Source: an uncultured virus (IMG/VR IMGVR_UViG_3300028920_000066) (lineage: Duplodnaviria; Heunggongvirae; Uroviricota; Caudoviricetes). Taken from it: DNA of 64,000 nt. The notes beneath the pieces were generated by a model. That model was not told the DNA's origin. It searched no databases and saw nothing but the letters and a program-made list of their open reading frames with translations. The DNA is taken from the IMG/VR virus record IMGVR_UViG_3300028920_000066. One strand, 5' to 3'. Shown one piece after another: positions 17,081-26,446 of this stretch. The position numbers and the translations under genes were made by a program. Every line of letters begins with the position of its first letter. Within the stretch, counting starts at the first letter, position 1.

Positions 17081-18240
17081 TTTTTTTTTCTACTCTCTAT
17101 TTCTTTTGGCGTTTCGTCATCACAAGTTTCACACTCTTCATTCTTCGTCAAATCCTTGCCGTCATCTGTGTGAGCCTCACAATCCATACCCTCTTCATAT
17201 TCCACTACCATATCACGCCCACCCTCTTTAGCACAATATAAAGCTTTGTCCGCTTCTTTAAATACTTCTTCTGTGCTTTCAGTTTCTTCATAGCCCGTGA
17301 ACCCAATTGATACAGAAATATTAAACCCATTTTCAAACTCAAGTGTTTTAACTTTTTCTCTTAATTCGTCAAGAAAAACTTCTGCTGTCACACTATCATC
17401 AGCAGGTAATAATAATATAAATTCTTCCCCTCCCCACCTGAAAGCAATTGTTTCTTTGTCCAGCATACCACCTAAAGCCTTAAGCACTTCATCCCCCACA
17501 TCGTGCCCATAAGTGTCATTAACGTCTTTAAAATGGTCTACGTCTATGATTGCAAAATACAAAGACTCATCGTCTAAATCTTCTACCACTAAGTCAAAAG
17601 CATTACGATTATATAATTGAGTAAGATTATCTCTCAAAGCAAGGTCTTTCCAATATTCAATATCTTTATCTTTATCTTCATTCTTTATGTTCTGCTCGTT
17701 CTCTTCGTCAGCTTTAATGTTCTCTAAAACTCTATACTTATCTTCACCTAAATATTGTATGTTGATATATGATTTATCTATTATATTAGTAGCGATAGTT
17801 TTGTCACCACCACCTCGCCAATCTTCTACCTGATATCCAAGCTCTGCTAACTCAAGTTCAGAATATACTTTGTTTGCACACACCAAGTTTCGTGCATTAG
17901 CTTCTTCGATTGTTTCCTCTATGATAGCTTTCTTCTCTGGGTCTTTTTCTGTTTTAAGCATATCCTCTAATTCACATACCGTATGCTCTATTAAAAACTC
18001 AAAATATTTATAAGACTCTTCTTCGGTCATATTAGATTTCACCTTTTTAATATGGTATCGTGGTTCTTCTGCTTCATCTTCTCGAATTGTTTTATCTCTA
18101 CTTCTCATACTCGGTTGAAACTCATCTAATAATCTTAAATAAACAGTATCTCCACCAGAACGAGTAAACCTTTCACGTATTCTATAGTCTATACCGTCAT
18201 AGTTAATATAATTTCCAGGGTCGGTATTTTTAGCTTTCAT
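17077..18240 (-). CDS. GGDEF diguanylate cyclase with N-terminal unknown domains
   Basis: DNLTQLYNR, IIDVDHFKDVNDTYGHDVGDEVL, RWGGEEF, ADKALYCAKEGGRD. Confidence 0.92.
   Translation of the reverse strand: MKAKNTDPGNYINYDGIDYRIRERFTRSGGDTVYLRLLDEFQPSMRSRDKTIREDEAEEPRYHIKKVKSNMTEEESYKYFEFLIEHTVCELEDMLKTEKDPEKKAIIEETIEEANARNLVCANKVYSELELAELGYQVEDWRGGGDKTIATNIIDKSYINIQYLGEDKYRVLENIKADEENEQNIKNEDKDKDIEYWKDLALRDNLTQLYNRNAFDLVVEDLDDESLYFAIIDVDHFKDVNDTYGHDVGDEVLKALGGMLDKETIAFRWGGEEFILLLPADDSVTAEVFLDELREKVKTLEFENGFNISVSIGFTGYEETESTEEVFKEADKALYCAKEGGRDMVVEYEEGMDCEAHTDDGKDLTKNEECETCDDETPKEIESRKKN
17080..17089 (-). other. A9 slippery site (AGA AAA AAA AAC TAA), putative -1 frameshift
   Basis: A AAA AAC heptamer in frame 0; the -1 frame has TAG immediately before the run and is then open for about 4.9 kb. 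Confidence 0.75.
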
Positions 18241-18258
18241 CTATTCCTCCAGAGTTGC

Positions 18259-18285
18259 CTTTATAAAATAGAAATATATAACTAA
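18259..18285 (-). promoter_or_regulatory. 27-bp conserved intergenic motif, copy 1 (putative phage-specific promoter)
   Basis: minus strand TTAGTTATAT-N5-TATTTTATAAAG just upstream of the RBS of the GGDEF gene. Confidence 0.7.
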
Positions 18286-18312
18286 AAAGAACAGGGGTAG
18301 ACAAGCTACCCC
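18284..18312 (-). terminator. intrinsic terminator
   Basis: GGGGTAG-CTTGT-CTACCCC followed by TGTTCTTTTT. Confidence 0.6.
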
Positions 18313-18354
18313 CATTCCACCCTCTAATCCTCTTTCATCCCCTTAAACCTACTG

Positions 18355-18588
18355 TTAAAAAGGACTCTTTTTTATCTTTGTTGTATCTACTTCTTGGTCT
18401 TTATCGTAGATACCTATGTCGTTCTTACAATCAGGGCAGAATAGACCGAACCTTTGCCCGTCTATATTCTGCTTTTCTACCTGATTCCACGTCAGCCATT
18501 TTTCTTCCTGTTCTGTCGTGCAGGTTTTACACCTGAAAATCTTCTCATCAGGAATCTCGCTAATCTTCTTAATGTTTTCGTCACCCAT
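18355..18588 (-). CDS. small zinc-binding protein
   Basis: CKTC...CPDC, AGGAGG RBS. Confidence 0.7.
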   Translation of the reverse strand: MGDENIKKISEIPDEKIFRCKTCTTEQEEKWLTWNQVEKQNIDGQRFGLFCPDCKNDIGIYDKDQEVDTTKIKKSPF

Positions 18589-18628
18589 TCTTCGATACCT
18601 CCTTTCTGGTCATCTCGTTTTCTAAGGC

Positions 18629-19195
18629 TTATTGCCTTTTTTTCAAGTTGATTTTTTCAACTTTCCTACCATATCCACGTTCAGTAAGTTCGTCTAATAT
18701 AATTTTATTTAAATCATCATCGTTCTGAATACTATCAGAAAATTTATCATAAAGTTCTTCATAAGTCTTTTGCATCTCATTATTTTCTTCTTCTTCCTCA
18801 TAATCTTCTATTGGACTTACCTCTTTTTTAAACTTTTTATTTCGTGGCGATTTGCCGTCTGGTCTATCTCCAGGAACACTATATACATTTCTCGCAGGTC
18901 CTAAGGAGTTTGTATCTTCTGAGGCGGGCATATCTTGACCACTCCAGTCAAACCCTGCACCTTGTCCAGAACCATCAGATTTAACCATCTTCCATTTTTT
19001 ATCAACAACTTTCCAACTCCCCCCTATTTTATAATTGTTAATCTTCTTAACAAATAGGTCGGCTATTATTGTGCGTAGGTCGTTAGATTTAAAAAAAGGA
19101 TATTTTGTTCTTACAGCTTGAATAGTTACGTCTATATTGAAATGACATTTCTTTAATGTTTCTAATAAATAATTTTCTATCGGATACCTGTTCAT
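18629..19195 (-). CDS. hypothetical protein
   Basis: 188 aa ORF. Confidence 0.7.
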   Translation of the reverse strand: MNRYPIENYLLETLKKCHFNIDVTIQAVRTKYPFFKSNDLRTIIADLFVKKINNYKIGGSWKVVDKKWKMVKSDGSGQGAGFDWSGQDMPASEDTNSLGPARNVYSVPGDRPDGKSPRNKKFKKEVSPIEDYEEEEENNEMQKTYEELYDKFSDSIQNDDDLNKIILDELTERGYGRKVEKINLKKRQ

Positions 19196-19211
19196 ATCAT
19201 TGTCCTCTCAT

Positions 19212-20540
19212 TTATTCAGACATTAAAACCCAATCGTTCAATTCCGTATCGAAAACCCACTTCTGACCATCTGGTGCAGGAGTTGTTGGTTTAGGTGGCT
19301 TCTCTGCCACTATTTTATTTAACTCTTCTTCTGACAATTTAATCTCAAGCTTATCAACAAGTTCACCAAATTCTTCACCTTTGATTTTACCGTCTTTTAT
19401 AGAACTTGTCAATAGAGTTATAACTTCTTTTTTAAATTCGCCATATGCCTCTGATTTATCAAAGTCTTCTTCTGGGTGCTCTTTATCAAAATCCATTACG
19501 TGTTTTTCATACATACTTAAAACAGACGATTCTATACTTTCTGGTTCTACTTTTTCAACACTAACATCGTCATATCCGTTTTCTCTATATTCATCTGCTA
19601 ATTCTTCTGCTTCTTCCTTTGGTAAAAGATAATCATTAACTTCTACTCCACCAACCCAAACAGTATATTCGCCATACTTATTAGAAACTTTTAAAGCATA
19701 TTCTTTTAGTTCATAATTATCAAAATAGTGGTCGTTTCCCTCAAGGTCTTCAACTACCCAAGCTTGATAAGGACCTTGGTCGGTAACAAAATATCCTGCG
19801 TCTTGTAATATTTCTACTGCTTTAGGAACAGTTATTTTACTTTTTCTGCGACCCGACTCTACTTTATTTACTACCTTTCTAAATAATCTTGCACAGTCAT
19901 CAAGAAAGTCCTCAAGATAATCATAAGTTACTTTTTTATCATCATTAAAATTTTCTTGAATATATTCTGATACTTCGTTTAATTTTTCTACTCTTTCTTC
20001 TTCTACTCCTTGCCCTGCTAAATCTTTTAAAATTTTATAAGCACTTTGTCTTAAATCATATGCCCACTCCGTCACCTGTTCAGAATCTAAATCTACTTCC
20101 CTGTCATATTCTGCTAACCATTTTTCTATATCGCCCTCGTCTGCTGATTCTACCTTACCTGGCACAATGTCCAAATCAACAGCTTTCATTATATCTCCAG
20201 CCTTATTAAGCTCTTCAATAACCTTATCCTCAATATCTTTGCTTATCATATGTTCTTCATTTTTATATTTAATATTATCTGCATAATCAGATATCACTTC
20301 TAATAATTCTTTAACACCGTTATTCATAGCAGATACCTCCTTATCGTTTGCGTTTATGACCTCCATACCCTCAGCCTTAGCAAAATCATCACGGTCTTTG
20401 GCTGTTGCAAACCATTGAACATCTCTGTCAGCTACAGCGTCTTCTGTTTCTTCATTGTCTTCCCAATATTCTATTCCATATCTAAGTCCATTATTATCAT
20501 CATCAAAAACATCTTCTGCCATCATATATTCAGCTTTCAT
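19212..20540 (-). CDS. very acidic multidomain protein, possibly an internal virion protein
   Basis: 442 aa Asp/Glu-rich; short domains separated by INAN, VSAM, VESA, VESG, IESS. Confidence 0.7.
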   Translation of the reverse strand: MKAEYMMAEDVFDDDNNGLRYGIEYWEDNEETEDAVADRDVQWFATAKDRDDFAKAEGMEVINANDKEVSAMNNGVKELLEVISDYADNIKYKNEEHMISKDIEDKVIEELNKAGDIMKAVDLDIVPGKVESADEGDIEKWLAEYDREVDLDSEQVTEWAYDLRQSAYKILKDLAGQGVEEERVEKLNEVSEYIQENFNDDKKVTYDYLEDFLDDCARLFRKVVNKVESGRRKSKITVPKAVEILQDAGYFVTDQGPYQAWVVEDLEGNDHYFDNYELKEYALKVSNKYGEYTVWVGGVEVNDYLLPKEEAEELADEYRENGYDDVSVEKVEPESIESSVLSMYEKHVMDFDKEHPEEDFDKSEAYGEFKKEVITLLTSSIKDGKIKGEEFGELVDKLEIKLSEEELNKIVAEKPPKPTTPAPDGQKWVFDTELNDWVLMSE

Positions 20541-20710
20541 TCCTTAACCTCCCTAACCTCTTCTATTTCATCTTCTTGTAGTGCTATATTAAAATCTTTT
20601 TTAAAAGACACTTTTACTTGCCTTATAGCCTCTTTTTCGCTTTCAGCTTCCCTATATTCTGTAAATTCCAGCTTTACGTCTACTGCATATTTTGTCATAT
20701 TTTTCTCCAT
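20537..20710 (-). CDS. small hypothetical protein (57 aa, not in ORF track)
   Basis: MEKNMTKYAVDVKLEF...EVREVKE; ATGA overlap with the next gene; directly downstream of motif copy 2. Confidence 0.6.
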   Translation of the reverse strand: MEKNMTKYAVDVKLEFTEYREAESEKEAIRQVKVSFKKDFNIALQEDEIEEVREVKE

Positions 20711-20717
20711 TATATTT

Positions 20718-20744
20718 CTTTATAAAATAAAAAAATATAACTAA
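20718..20744 (-). promoter_or_regulatory. 27-bp conserved intergenic motif, copy 2
   Basis: plus strand CTTTATAAAATA-AAAAA-ATATAACTAA. Confidence 0.7.
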
Positions 20745-20748
20745 TTTT

Positions 20749-21120
20749 TTAACTAATAGCACCCTGTATTTCGTCTAATCTATTCCCAACATCACTACCC
20801 TCTGTTTTAGCTTTTTCTCTATCAAAATAAGCAAAATGTTGTCTATCTCCACCATATTTGACAGAAAGCCACCTTAAAGCCTCATCACCTTTATCTGTAA
20901 GAATAAACTGCCTCATCCCAAGTAAGACATTATGAAACTCTATTCCTACACCCTGTATCCAACCATTATGAATACAATATCGAAAAAGTTCTACCATTTC
21001 GTCCAATTTCATCTTGGGTGCTTTCATTCTCATCAGTTGTGCCTGTTCCACTACTTTATGTGGTTGTTTATCACCAAAAAACTTTAACAACGCCAATATG
21101 GTTGCTTCAGGAAATTTCAT
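20749..21120 (-). CDS. hypothetical protein, possibly winged-helix
   Basis: 123 aa; FILTDKGDEAL resembles a wHTH wing; AGGAGG RBS. Confidence 0.65.
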   Translation of the reverse strand: MKFPEATILALLKFFGDKQPHKVVEQAQLMRMKAPKMKLDEMVELFRYCIHNGWIQGVGIEFHNVLLGMRQFILTDKGDEALRWLSVKYGGDRQHFAYFDREKAKTEGSDVGNRLDEIQGAIS

Positions 21121-21128
21121 ATATCCTC

Positions 21129-21755
21129 CTACACTTTTATTTTATACAGAGATAACACTTCAGTTAAGTCGTCTGCTATTTCACGATACTTCTTTTCAGG
21201 TAACCTTTTCTTAAGAACGCCTCTTATAATTATCAATAACTTACTCAACTCTTCTTTTAAAAACTGTTTATGTTGATTGCTCTCCATCATCGTAAGCTTC
21301 ATTTTATCTTCTTTTTCTATAATGTCAGCCAAAACTTTCTGTTGATTCAATAAAAGAGCGTCCATCTCAGCTATTATCCTTTGAGGGTTTCGGGTTTGTT
21401 CATTTACAACTGCTGTAATTCTCTCAACCCCTATCTTTCTCAGCCACTCCATAACTGCCGCTTTATTTTTATAATCCACAACGTTCTGTGGCATATTTGT
21501 AAAATTATTTACCATACTATTATCTTGCTTACTGGGAACTTCTACTTTTGCAGGAATAAGAATATCAGACTTTCTGCTTTCTTTCAGCCCGTCTAAATAT
21601 TTTCTAAGCTCTTTAATGTTAAACTTTATATCGCCTTTATAATATCTCTTTATATATTTCATTATATCTTTTTCGTCTAAGTCTTCAAACTCCATAAGCA
21701 TAGCCACATCATACAATATGCTCTTAGGCAAAAGATATATTTCTTTAATACTCAT
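21129..21755 (-). CDS. hypothetical protein
   Basis: 208 aa ORF. Confidence 0.7.
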   Translation of the reverse strand: MSIKEIYLLPKSILYDVAMLMEFEDLDEKDIMKYIKRYYKGDIKFNIKELRKYLDGLKESRKSDILIPAKVEVPSKQDNSMVNNFTNMPQNVVDYKNKAAVMEWLRKIGVERITAVVNEQTRNPQRIIAEMDALLLNQQKVLADIIEKEDKMKLTMMESNQHKQFLKEELSKLLIIIRGVLKKRLPEKKYREIADDLTEVLSLYKIKV

Positions 21756-22591
21756 TATGTCCAGAACTCCTTTTGTGTTTTATTATGAATTTTTCTTATT
21801 TTTTTTGCTAAACGTCTTATTTCTAAAGTTATATATACCTGAGTAGTTTCTAATAATCTTGCTATATCCGTAACCCTTATTCCTAATAATAATAACGCAC
21901 ATATTTTTTTTTGATTCTCTGTGAGGTTTTTAAAATAATATTTATAAAAAATAGAAAAATCAAAAATTCTATCATATAATTCAAATCCATTTTGATATTG
22001 TTTTAACGGTCGGGTGCTTGGAAGAAAAATTCCGTTCTCATCTATATCGTTTAAGTGTTCATTTTCCGTTTCGGAAAATCGTTCATCTCTATCTATACGC
22101 TCGTCTTCCATATAAATAAGATTATAATCTCTCTCGAAAAATACAGTTTCATTCTTTTTATAAAAATACTGAAGCATATGTAAATTATATTTTAATTTAT
22201 ATCTTTGTTTCTTTATATAAAGACAATAATAAGCAGGTTCTACTTTTCCACTCTTACGAGTAATACTACCAATTTTTTTCAATCTAAAATCATATTTACT
22301 TATTTCTTTAATAGGCTCAGGTTTAAAATCTCCAATATTATAATTCCAAGATTTCAGTTTAACTTTTTGATACGAACCGTCAAATTTTCTTCCTATTCTT
22401 TGTAAATAATATTTACTTATTTTAAATTTAAAATCATTAAAATCTATAGGACACTCTGTTATAATATAATAATCAAACACAGAAAAACTTATGTTTTTCT
22501 TTTTAACAAAACTTATAAACTTATTTAAAATATAATCATTCGGAACAGCATAACAAAAACCCTCAACCATAAGCATTTCACCCTCAAACAA
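21755..22591 (-). CDS. sigma-factor-like protein (C-terminal region-4-type HTH)
   Basis: LTENQKKICALLLLGIRVTDIARLLETTQVYITLEIRRLAKKIRK. Confidence 0.6.
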   Translation of the reverse strand: MFEGEMLMVEGFCYAVPNDYILNKFISFVKKKNISFSVFDYYIITECPIDFNDFKFKISKYYLQRIGRKFDGSYQKVKLKSWNYNIGDFKPEPIKEISKYDFRLKKIGSITRKSGKVEPAYYCLYIKKQRYKLKYNLHMLQYFYKKNETVFFERDYNLIYMEDERIDRDERFSETENEHLNDIDENGIFLPSTRPLKQYQNGFELYDRIFDFSIFYKYYFKNLTENQKKICALLLLGIRVTDIARLLETTQVYITLEIRRLAKKIRKIHNKTQKEFWT

Positions 22592-22853
22592 ATTTTTTTC
22601 CTTTCTTTCGGTGCTCTTCTTTTAATTTCTCTATTCCTCTGGCAGTTCGATTGAGCATCGTCATTTTACTCTGCAACATAGCCTTTCGCAACTGGGGGTC
22701 GTCTAAATCTACATACGCCTGTATTTGAGGCAGTATCATAAGAAAATATGTATCAAAAGACATCACGTCTTTTAGCCCACACGTATCATAAAACTCTTTC
22801 GCCATCTTATGTATTTTATTTTCGTCTAACTTATGCTTTTTATATTCAGCCAT
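22584..22853 (-). CDS. hypothetical protein
   Basis: start at MAEYKK after GGAGG. Confidence 0.65.
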   Translation of the reverse strand: MAEYKKHKLDENKIHKMAKEFYDTCGLKDVMSFDTYFLMILPQIQAYVDLDDPQLRKAMLQSKMTMLNRTARGIEKLKEEHRKKGKKFV

Positions 22854-22896
22854 AATTCCTCCATACAGTAAATTATACTGTGAGTTATTTAATTTG

Positions 22897-23658
22897 TCAA
22901 ATATTCTTAATCTGTAATTCGGTTCTAAATGGGGCTTTTTTAAATTTAACTTTTGAAGCAAGTATTTTATCTTTCTTGAGTATATCTTTTATAGGTTTAA
23001 TTCTAACACTAACCGTGTTATTATCAGCTAAACCTAAAACCCTTGCCTCCTCATAAGTAATTGTATCCTTTTCGATTTCCTTTTTACTTAATTCAAGCCC
23101 CAGCTCAGTTAAAGGAAGTGTGCCTCCACTTGCCTCTATTTTATCATATATTATTTCCTTAACTTGTTTTTCCATTTCTTCTACAGCCTTTCTTCTACTG
23201 GACACTAAAGTAAAAATATTAAACAACTGTTCATTATTCATATTATCTGTTTTCATATGAAAATCTCCCAGAAAAGCCTCTTCTAATTCTGGACAATCTT
23301 TTCTATTAACACAATCCTGACAATAAGCACCAGCCATTAGTCTATCTTCGGGATATTTTATCGGCTTATCAAATTCTTTTATATGTTCTAAATCAAGATT
23401 AACATAGTTAATTTTAAATATAACTTTTTTATATCCTTTGCCAAGAACATAATTTATTATTATCTTCTGCCACATATATAGTTTAGACGTGCTATAATCA
23501 TAATCATCACAAAAAATTATAAATTTATCTTTATCTCCCTCTTTTTCATATTTAAAATCTAAAATATAGTTCTTAAGAATAACTTTCTTATCTTTACCTT
23601 TAACCTCTGTGCCGTCATCTAAATCTGGGCAATACTTTACTTTTGTTAAATTTATCAT
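22897..23658 (-). CDS. divergent Cas4/PD-(D/E)XK-like protein
   Basis: AGAYCQDCVNRKDCP Cys cluster and ILDFKY; catalytic motif not clearly complete. Confidence 0.4.
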   Translation of the reverse strand: MINLTKVKYCPDLDDGTEVKGKDKKVILKNYILDFKYEKEGDKDKFIIFCDDYDYSTSKLYMWQKIIINYVLGKGYKKVIFKINYVNLDLEHIKEFDKPIKYPEDRLMAGAYCQDCVNRKDCPELEEAFLGDFHMKTDNMNNEQLFNIFTLVSSRRKAVEEMEKQVKEIIYDKIEASGGTLPLTELGLELSKKEIEKDTITYEEARVLGLADNNTVSVRIKPIKDILKKDKILASKVKFKKAPFRTELQIKNI

Positions 23659-23667
23659 TTTCTCCTC

Positions 23668-26355
23668 CTAAAATAACGAACCCATATCTCCGTGTTTCTT
23701 TTTCTTCTTCAATTGTTTTCTCATCTCAAGCAAATCGTCTGTAGTATAATTTTTACCAAAAGCGTTCTTAAAAAATCCGTGTGATATTAGAACTTCCATT
23801 ACCGTTTTATTAACCTTGCAACGCTCTAAAAAATCTTCAGCGTCTTTATAAGGTTTATTAACTATAACTTCTATAATACTTTTTTCTCCAATACCCTTTA
23901 AAGACTTAGCCCCTGGCAAAATTTTACCGTCTTTATCAAGCTCAAACTGATATGTTATTTCATTAAGATTATATGGCTTAATAACAAATCCTTGATTTAA
24001 ACACTCATCTATCGTAGCCTCAAACTTTGCTTGTTCTTTTTTCTGACTAAGTTCAAAATTGTTCAAGGTCGCTATAATAAAATACTTACGATAATAACAT
24101 TTAAGATAAGCCATTTGATATGCCAATAATGTATAAGATACACTATGTGATTTATTAAACGTATACCCAGCAGACTGCTCAAGAAAAGCAACAGCCTCTT
24201 CTACGTCTTGCTTGTTATATTTTTCATACATATAATGATAATAATTATGTTCATTAAGTAAGTCTTTAATGCTACACTTCTCAAGCTGTTTACGATAAAT
24301 ATCTGCCTCTCCCACGCTTATGTCCATCCAATCTGATAAAATAGATATAATCTGTTCCTGATAAATTAAAAGCCCATATGTTTTTTCCAAATGCTTTTCT
24401 AATAATTTTGGTGTTTTATATTTCCCACCAAACCTACGACTTTCATATTTATCATCTGTTTTTATAGACAAAGCACCAGGTCGGTTAATAGCGTTAATTT
24501 CAACAAGGTGTTTAAACCTATCAGGTTTCATTCTTTCTAACATTCCCATTATTTTAACTATCCTCCACCCCTCCTTACGTTTATAACCTTTCATAGACGG
24601 TGTATCAAATTGAAATATATTATTAACGTCTATATCTCTAAACATCTGTAATATATTCTGGTCATTTAAATCAAGATTATGTATATCTACATCTTTATTC
24701 TCGTGCTCTCTTATAAGCGTAAGTGTGTCATCTATAATATCAAGACCTTTGATTCCAAGTATATCCATCTTTAAAAACTTCTTACTCGTAAGAGTATCCC
24801 CGTCAATAGCACTTACTACTTCCTTTGCTGTAGCGTTATATACCGTAGGCATATATTCATAAACTGGCTTATCTGTAACAACCACACCAGCCGCGTGTGT
24901 TCCGAACTGTCTTATATTACCCTCCAGTTTACTCGCTATCTCAAAATACTTACTATATTTTTCTTTTATATCCTTACGCTCTATATTTTCTACAACAAAG
25001 TTAGCTTCTTTAAACGGAATATTATAAATTCTTAATACATCCTTTAAAGCATTTTTTAACTTAAATTCCACATAAGAGCCTATCTGAACCACGTTCTCTT
25101 CGCCATACTTCTTAATATAAGATAAAACCTTTTGACGCTGTGACTTTTGAAAGTCAACATCTATATCAGGCATTTTTCTTCTTGTAGGATTTAAAAACCT
25201 TTCAAAAGAAAGATTAAATTTTAAAGGGTCAACATCAGTAATATCAAGCATATAAGCTACAACCGAACCAGCCGCACTCCCACGACCACCACCAACAAAA
25301 ATATCACTCTGTTTAGCCCAGCTTACTATATCTTGCACAATCCAAAAGTATTCTAAAAAACCAAGTTCTTTAATAACACCATATTCATATTTTAATCTTT
25401 TTTTATATTCTTCTATGGGTTTTGCTTTAGGTTTTTTTTGAAGATTTTCACGTATAATATTCTTCATTGTTTCTTCTTTAAAATCTACTTTCGGGAACAC
25501 AAACTCTTTAGAATATATTTCATATTCTTCAACCTTATGTGATATTTGTAATGTGTTTTCCAAACACTCTTCTACAACAGGCTTTTCAAAAACATCACTC
25601 ATTATCGTTATTATCTCGTCATAAGTTTTAAGATAAAGGTCTTTATCGTCCATAACCCAACCTTTACCGTTCTTAATATCTTCTATAGTTACTTTATCAT
25701 TTATGTTATGAAGTATCTGCTGAATTTTATAATCTGATTTATTTATATAATGAGTATCGGTTGTTATAATACTTTTTATATCGTGTTTCTTAGAAAGCTC
25801 ATACATTAACTTCCATAAGTCTTTATAATGACTTGTTCTTGATAAAGCTATATATTCAAAATAAAAGTCCTCACCAAATATATGTTTAAGTCTTTTTATG
25901 TTATTTTCTACCTTTGTGTTGTCTTTTTCTAATAATGGTTTAGCTATAATCCCCGAAGAACAAGCCGTAGAACATATAACGTTTCCACCCATTTGTTCTA
26001 AATTATTCCAGTCTATTCTTGGACGATAATAGAATCCATTCTTATTTGCGTCATATTGAGCTTTAAGGAGTGCTCTATAGCCGTCATAATTTTTAGCTAA
26101 TAAAAGAATATGATAAGGCTTATCTTTTGTAGTCTTATCGTCAACAAAATAAGCCTCAATCCCTATAATAGGTTTTAACCCCGATTGTTTACAAGCGTCA
26201 TAATAATCAAACACTCCTGCGAGAGTGCCGTGATTAGTTTGTGCATATGCTATACCGCCCATTTCTTTTACTTTCTCAAGATATTTAATGGGCTTATACA
26301 TACCATCCTTTAACGAATATGTATCGTGATTATGAAGACTAACGTATTTTTCCAT
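23668..26355 (-). CDS. dnaE: DNA polymerase III alpha subunit
   Basis: PHP SLHNHDTYSLKDG, GRGSAAGS, FERFLNP, MPDIDVDF, GTHAAGVV, FLKMDILG, FNKSHS. Confidence 0.96.
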   Translation of the reverse strand: MEKYVSLHNHDTYSLKDGMYKPIKYLEKVKEMGGIAYAQTNHGTLAGVFDYYDACKQSGLKPIIGIEAYFVDDKTTKDKPYHILLLAKNYDGYRALLKAQYDANKNGFYYRPRIDWNNLEQMGGNVICSTACSSGIIAKPLLEKDNTKVENNIKRLKHIFGEDFYFEYIALSRTSHYKDLWKLMYELSKKHDIKSIITTDTHYINKSDYKIQQILHNINDKVTIEDIKNGKGWVMDDKDLYLKTYDEIITIMSDVFEKPVVEECLENTLQISHKVEEYEIYSKEFVFPKVDFKEETMKNIIRENLQKKPKAKPIEEYKKRLKYEYGVIKELGFLEYFWIVQDIVSWAKQSDIFVGGGRGSAAGSVVAYMLDITDVDPLKFNLSFERFLNPTRRKMPDIDVDFQKSQRQKVLSYIKKYGEENVVQIGSYVEFKLKNALKDVLRIYNIPFKEANFVVENIERKDIKEKYSKYFEIASKLEGNIRQFGTHAAGVVVTDKPVYEYMPTVYNATAKEVVSAIDGDTLTSKKFLKMDILGIKGLDIIDDTLTLIREHENKDVDIHNLDLNDQNILQMFRDIDVNNIFQFDTPSMKGYKRKEGWRIVKIMGMLERMKPDRFKHLVEINAINRPGALSIKTDDKYESRRFGGKYKTPKLLEKHLEKTYGLLIYQEQIISILSDWMDISVGEADIYRKQLEKCSIKDLLNEHNYYHYMYEKYNKQDVEEAVAFLEQSAGYTFNKSHSVSYTLLAYQMAYLKCYYRKYFIIATLNNFELSQKKEQAKFEATIDECLNQGFVIKPYNLNEITYQFELDKDGKILPGAKSLKGIGEKSIIEVIVNKPYKDAEDFLERCKVNKTVMEVLISHGFFKNAFGKNYTTDDLLEMRKQLKKKKKHGDMGSLF

Positions 26356-26371
26356 TGGTTTCCTTTTTATT

Positions 26372-26445
26372 TGGCTACGGGGGGTGGGCTCGAACCACCA
26401 TTCACAGATTCAAAGTCTGTTGTCCTACCATTGGACGACCCCGTA
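26372..26445 (-). tRNA. tRNA-Gln(TTG), CCA encoded
   Basis: TACGGGG/CCCCGTA acceptor with U1-A72, ACAGA-CTTTGAA-TCTGT, GGTGG-TTCGAGC-CCACC. Confidence 0.93.
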
Positions 26446-26446
26446 T

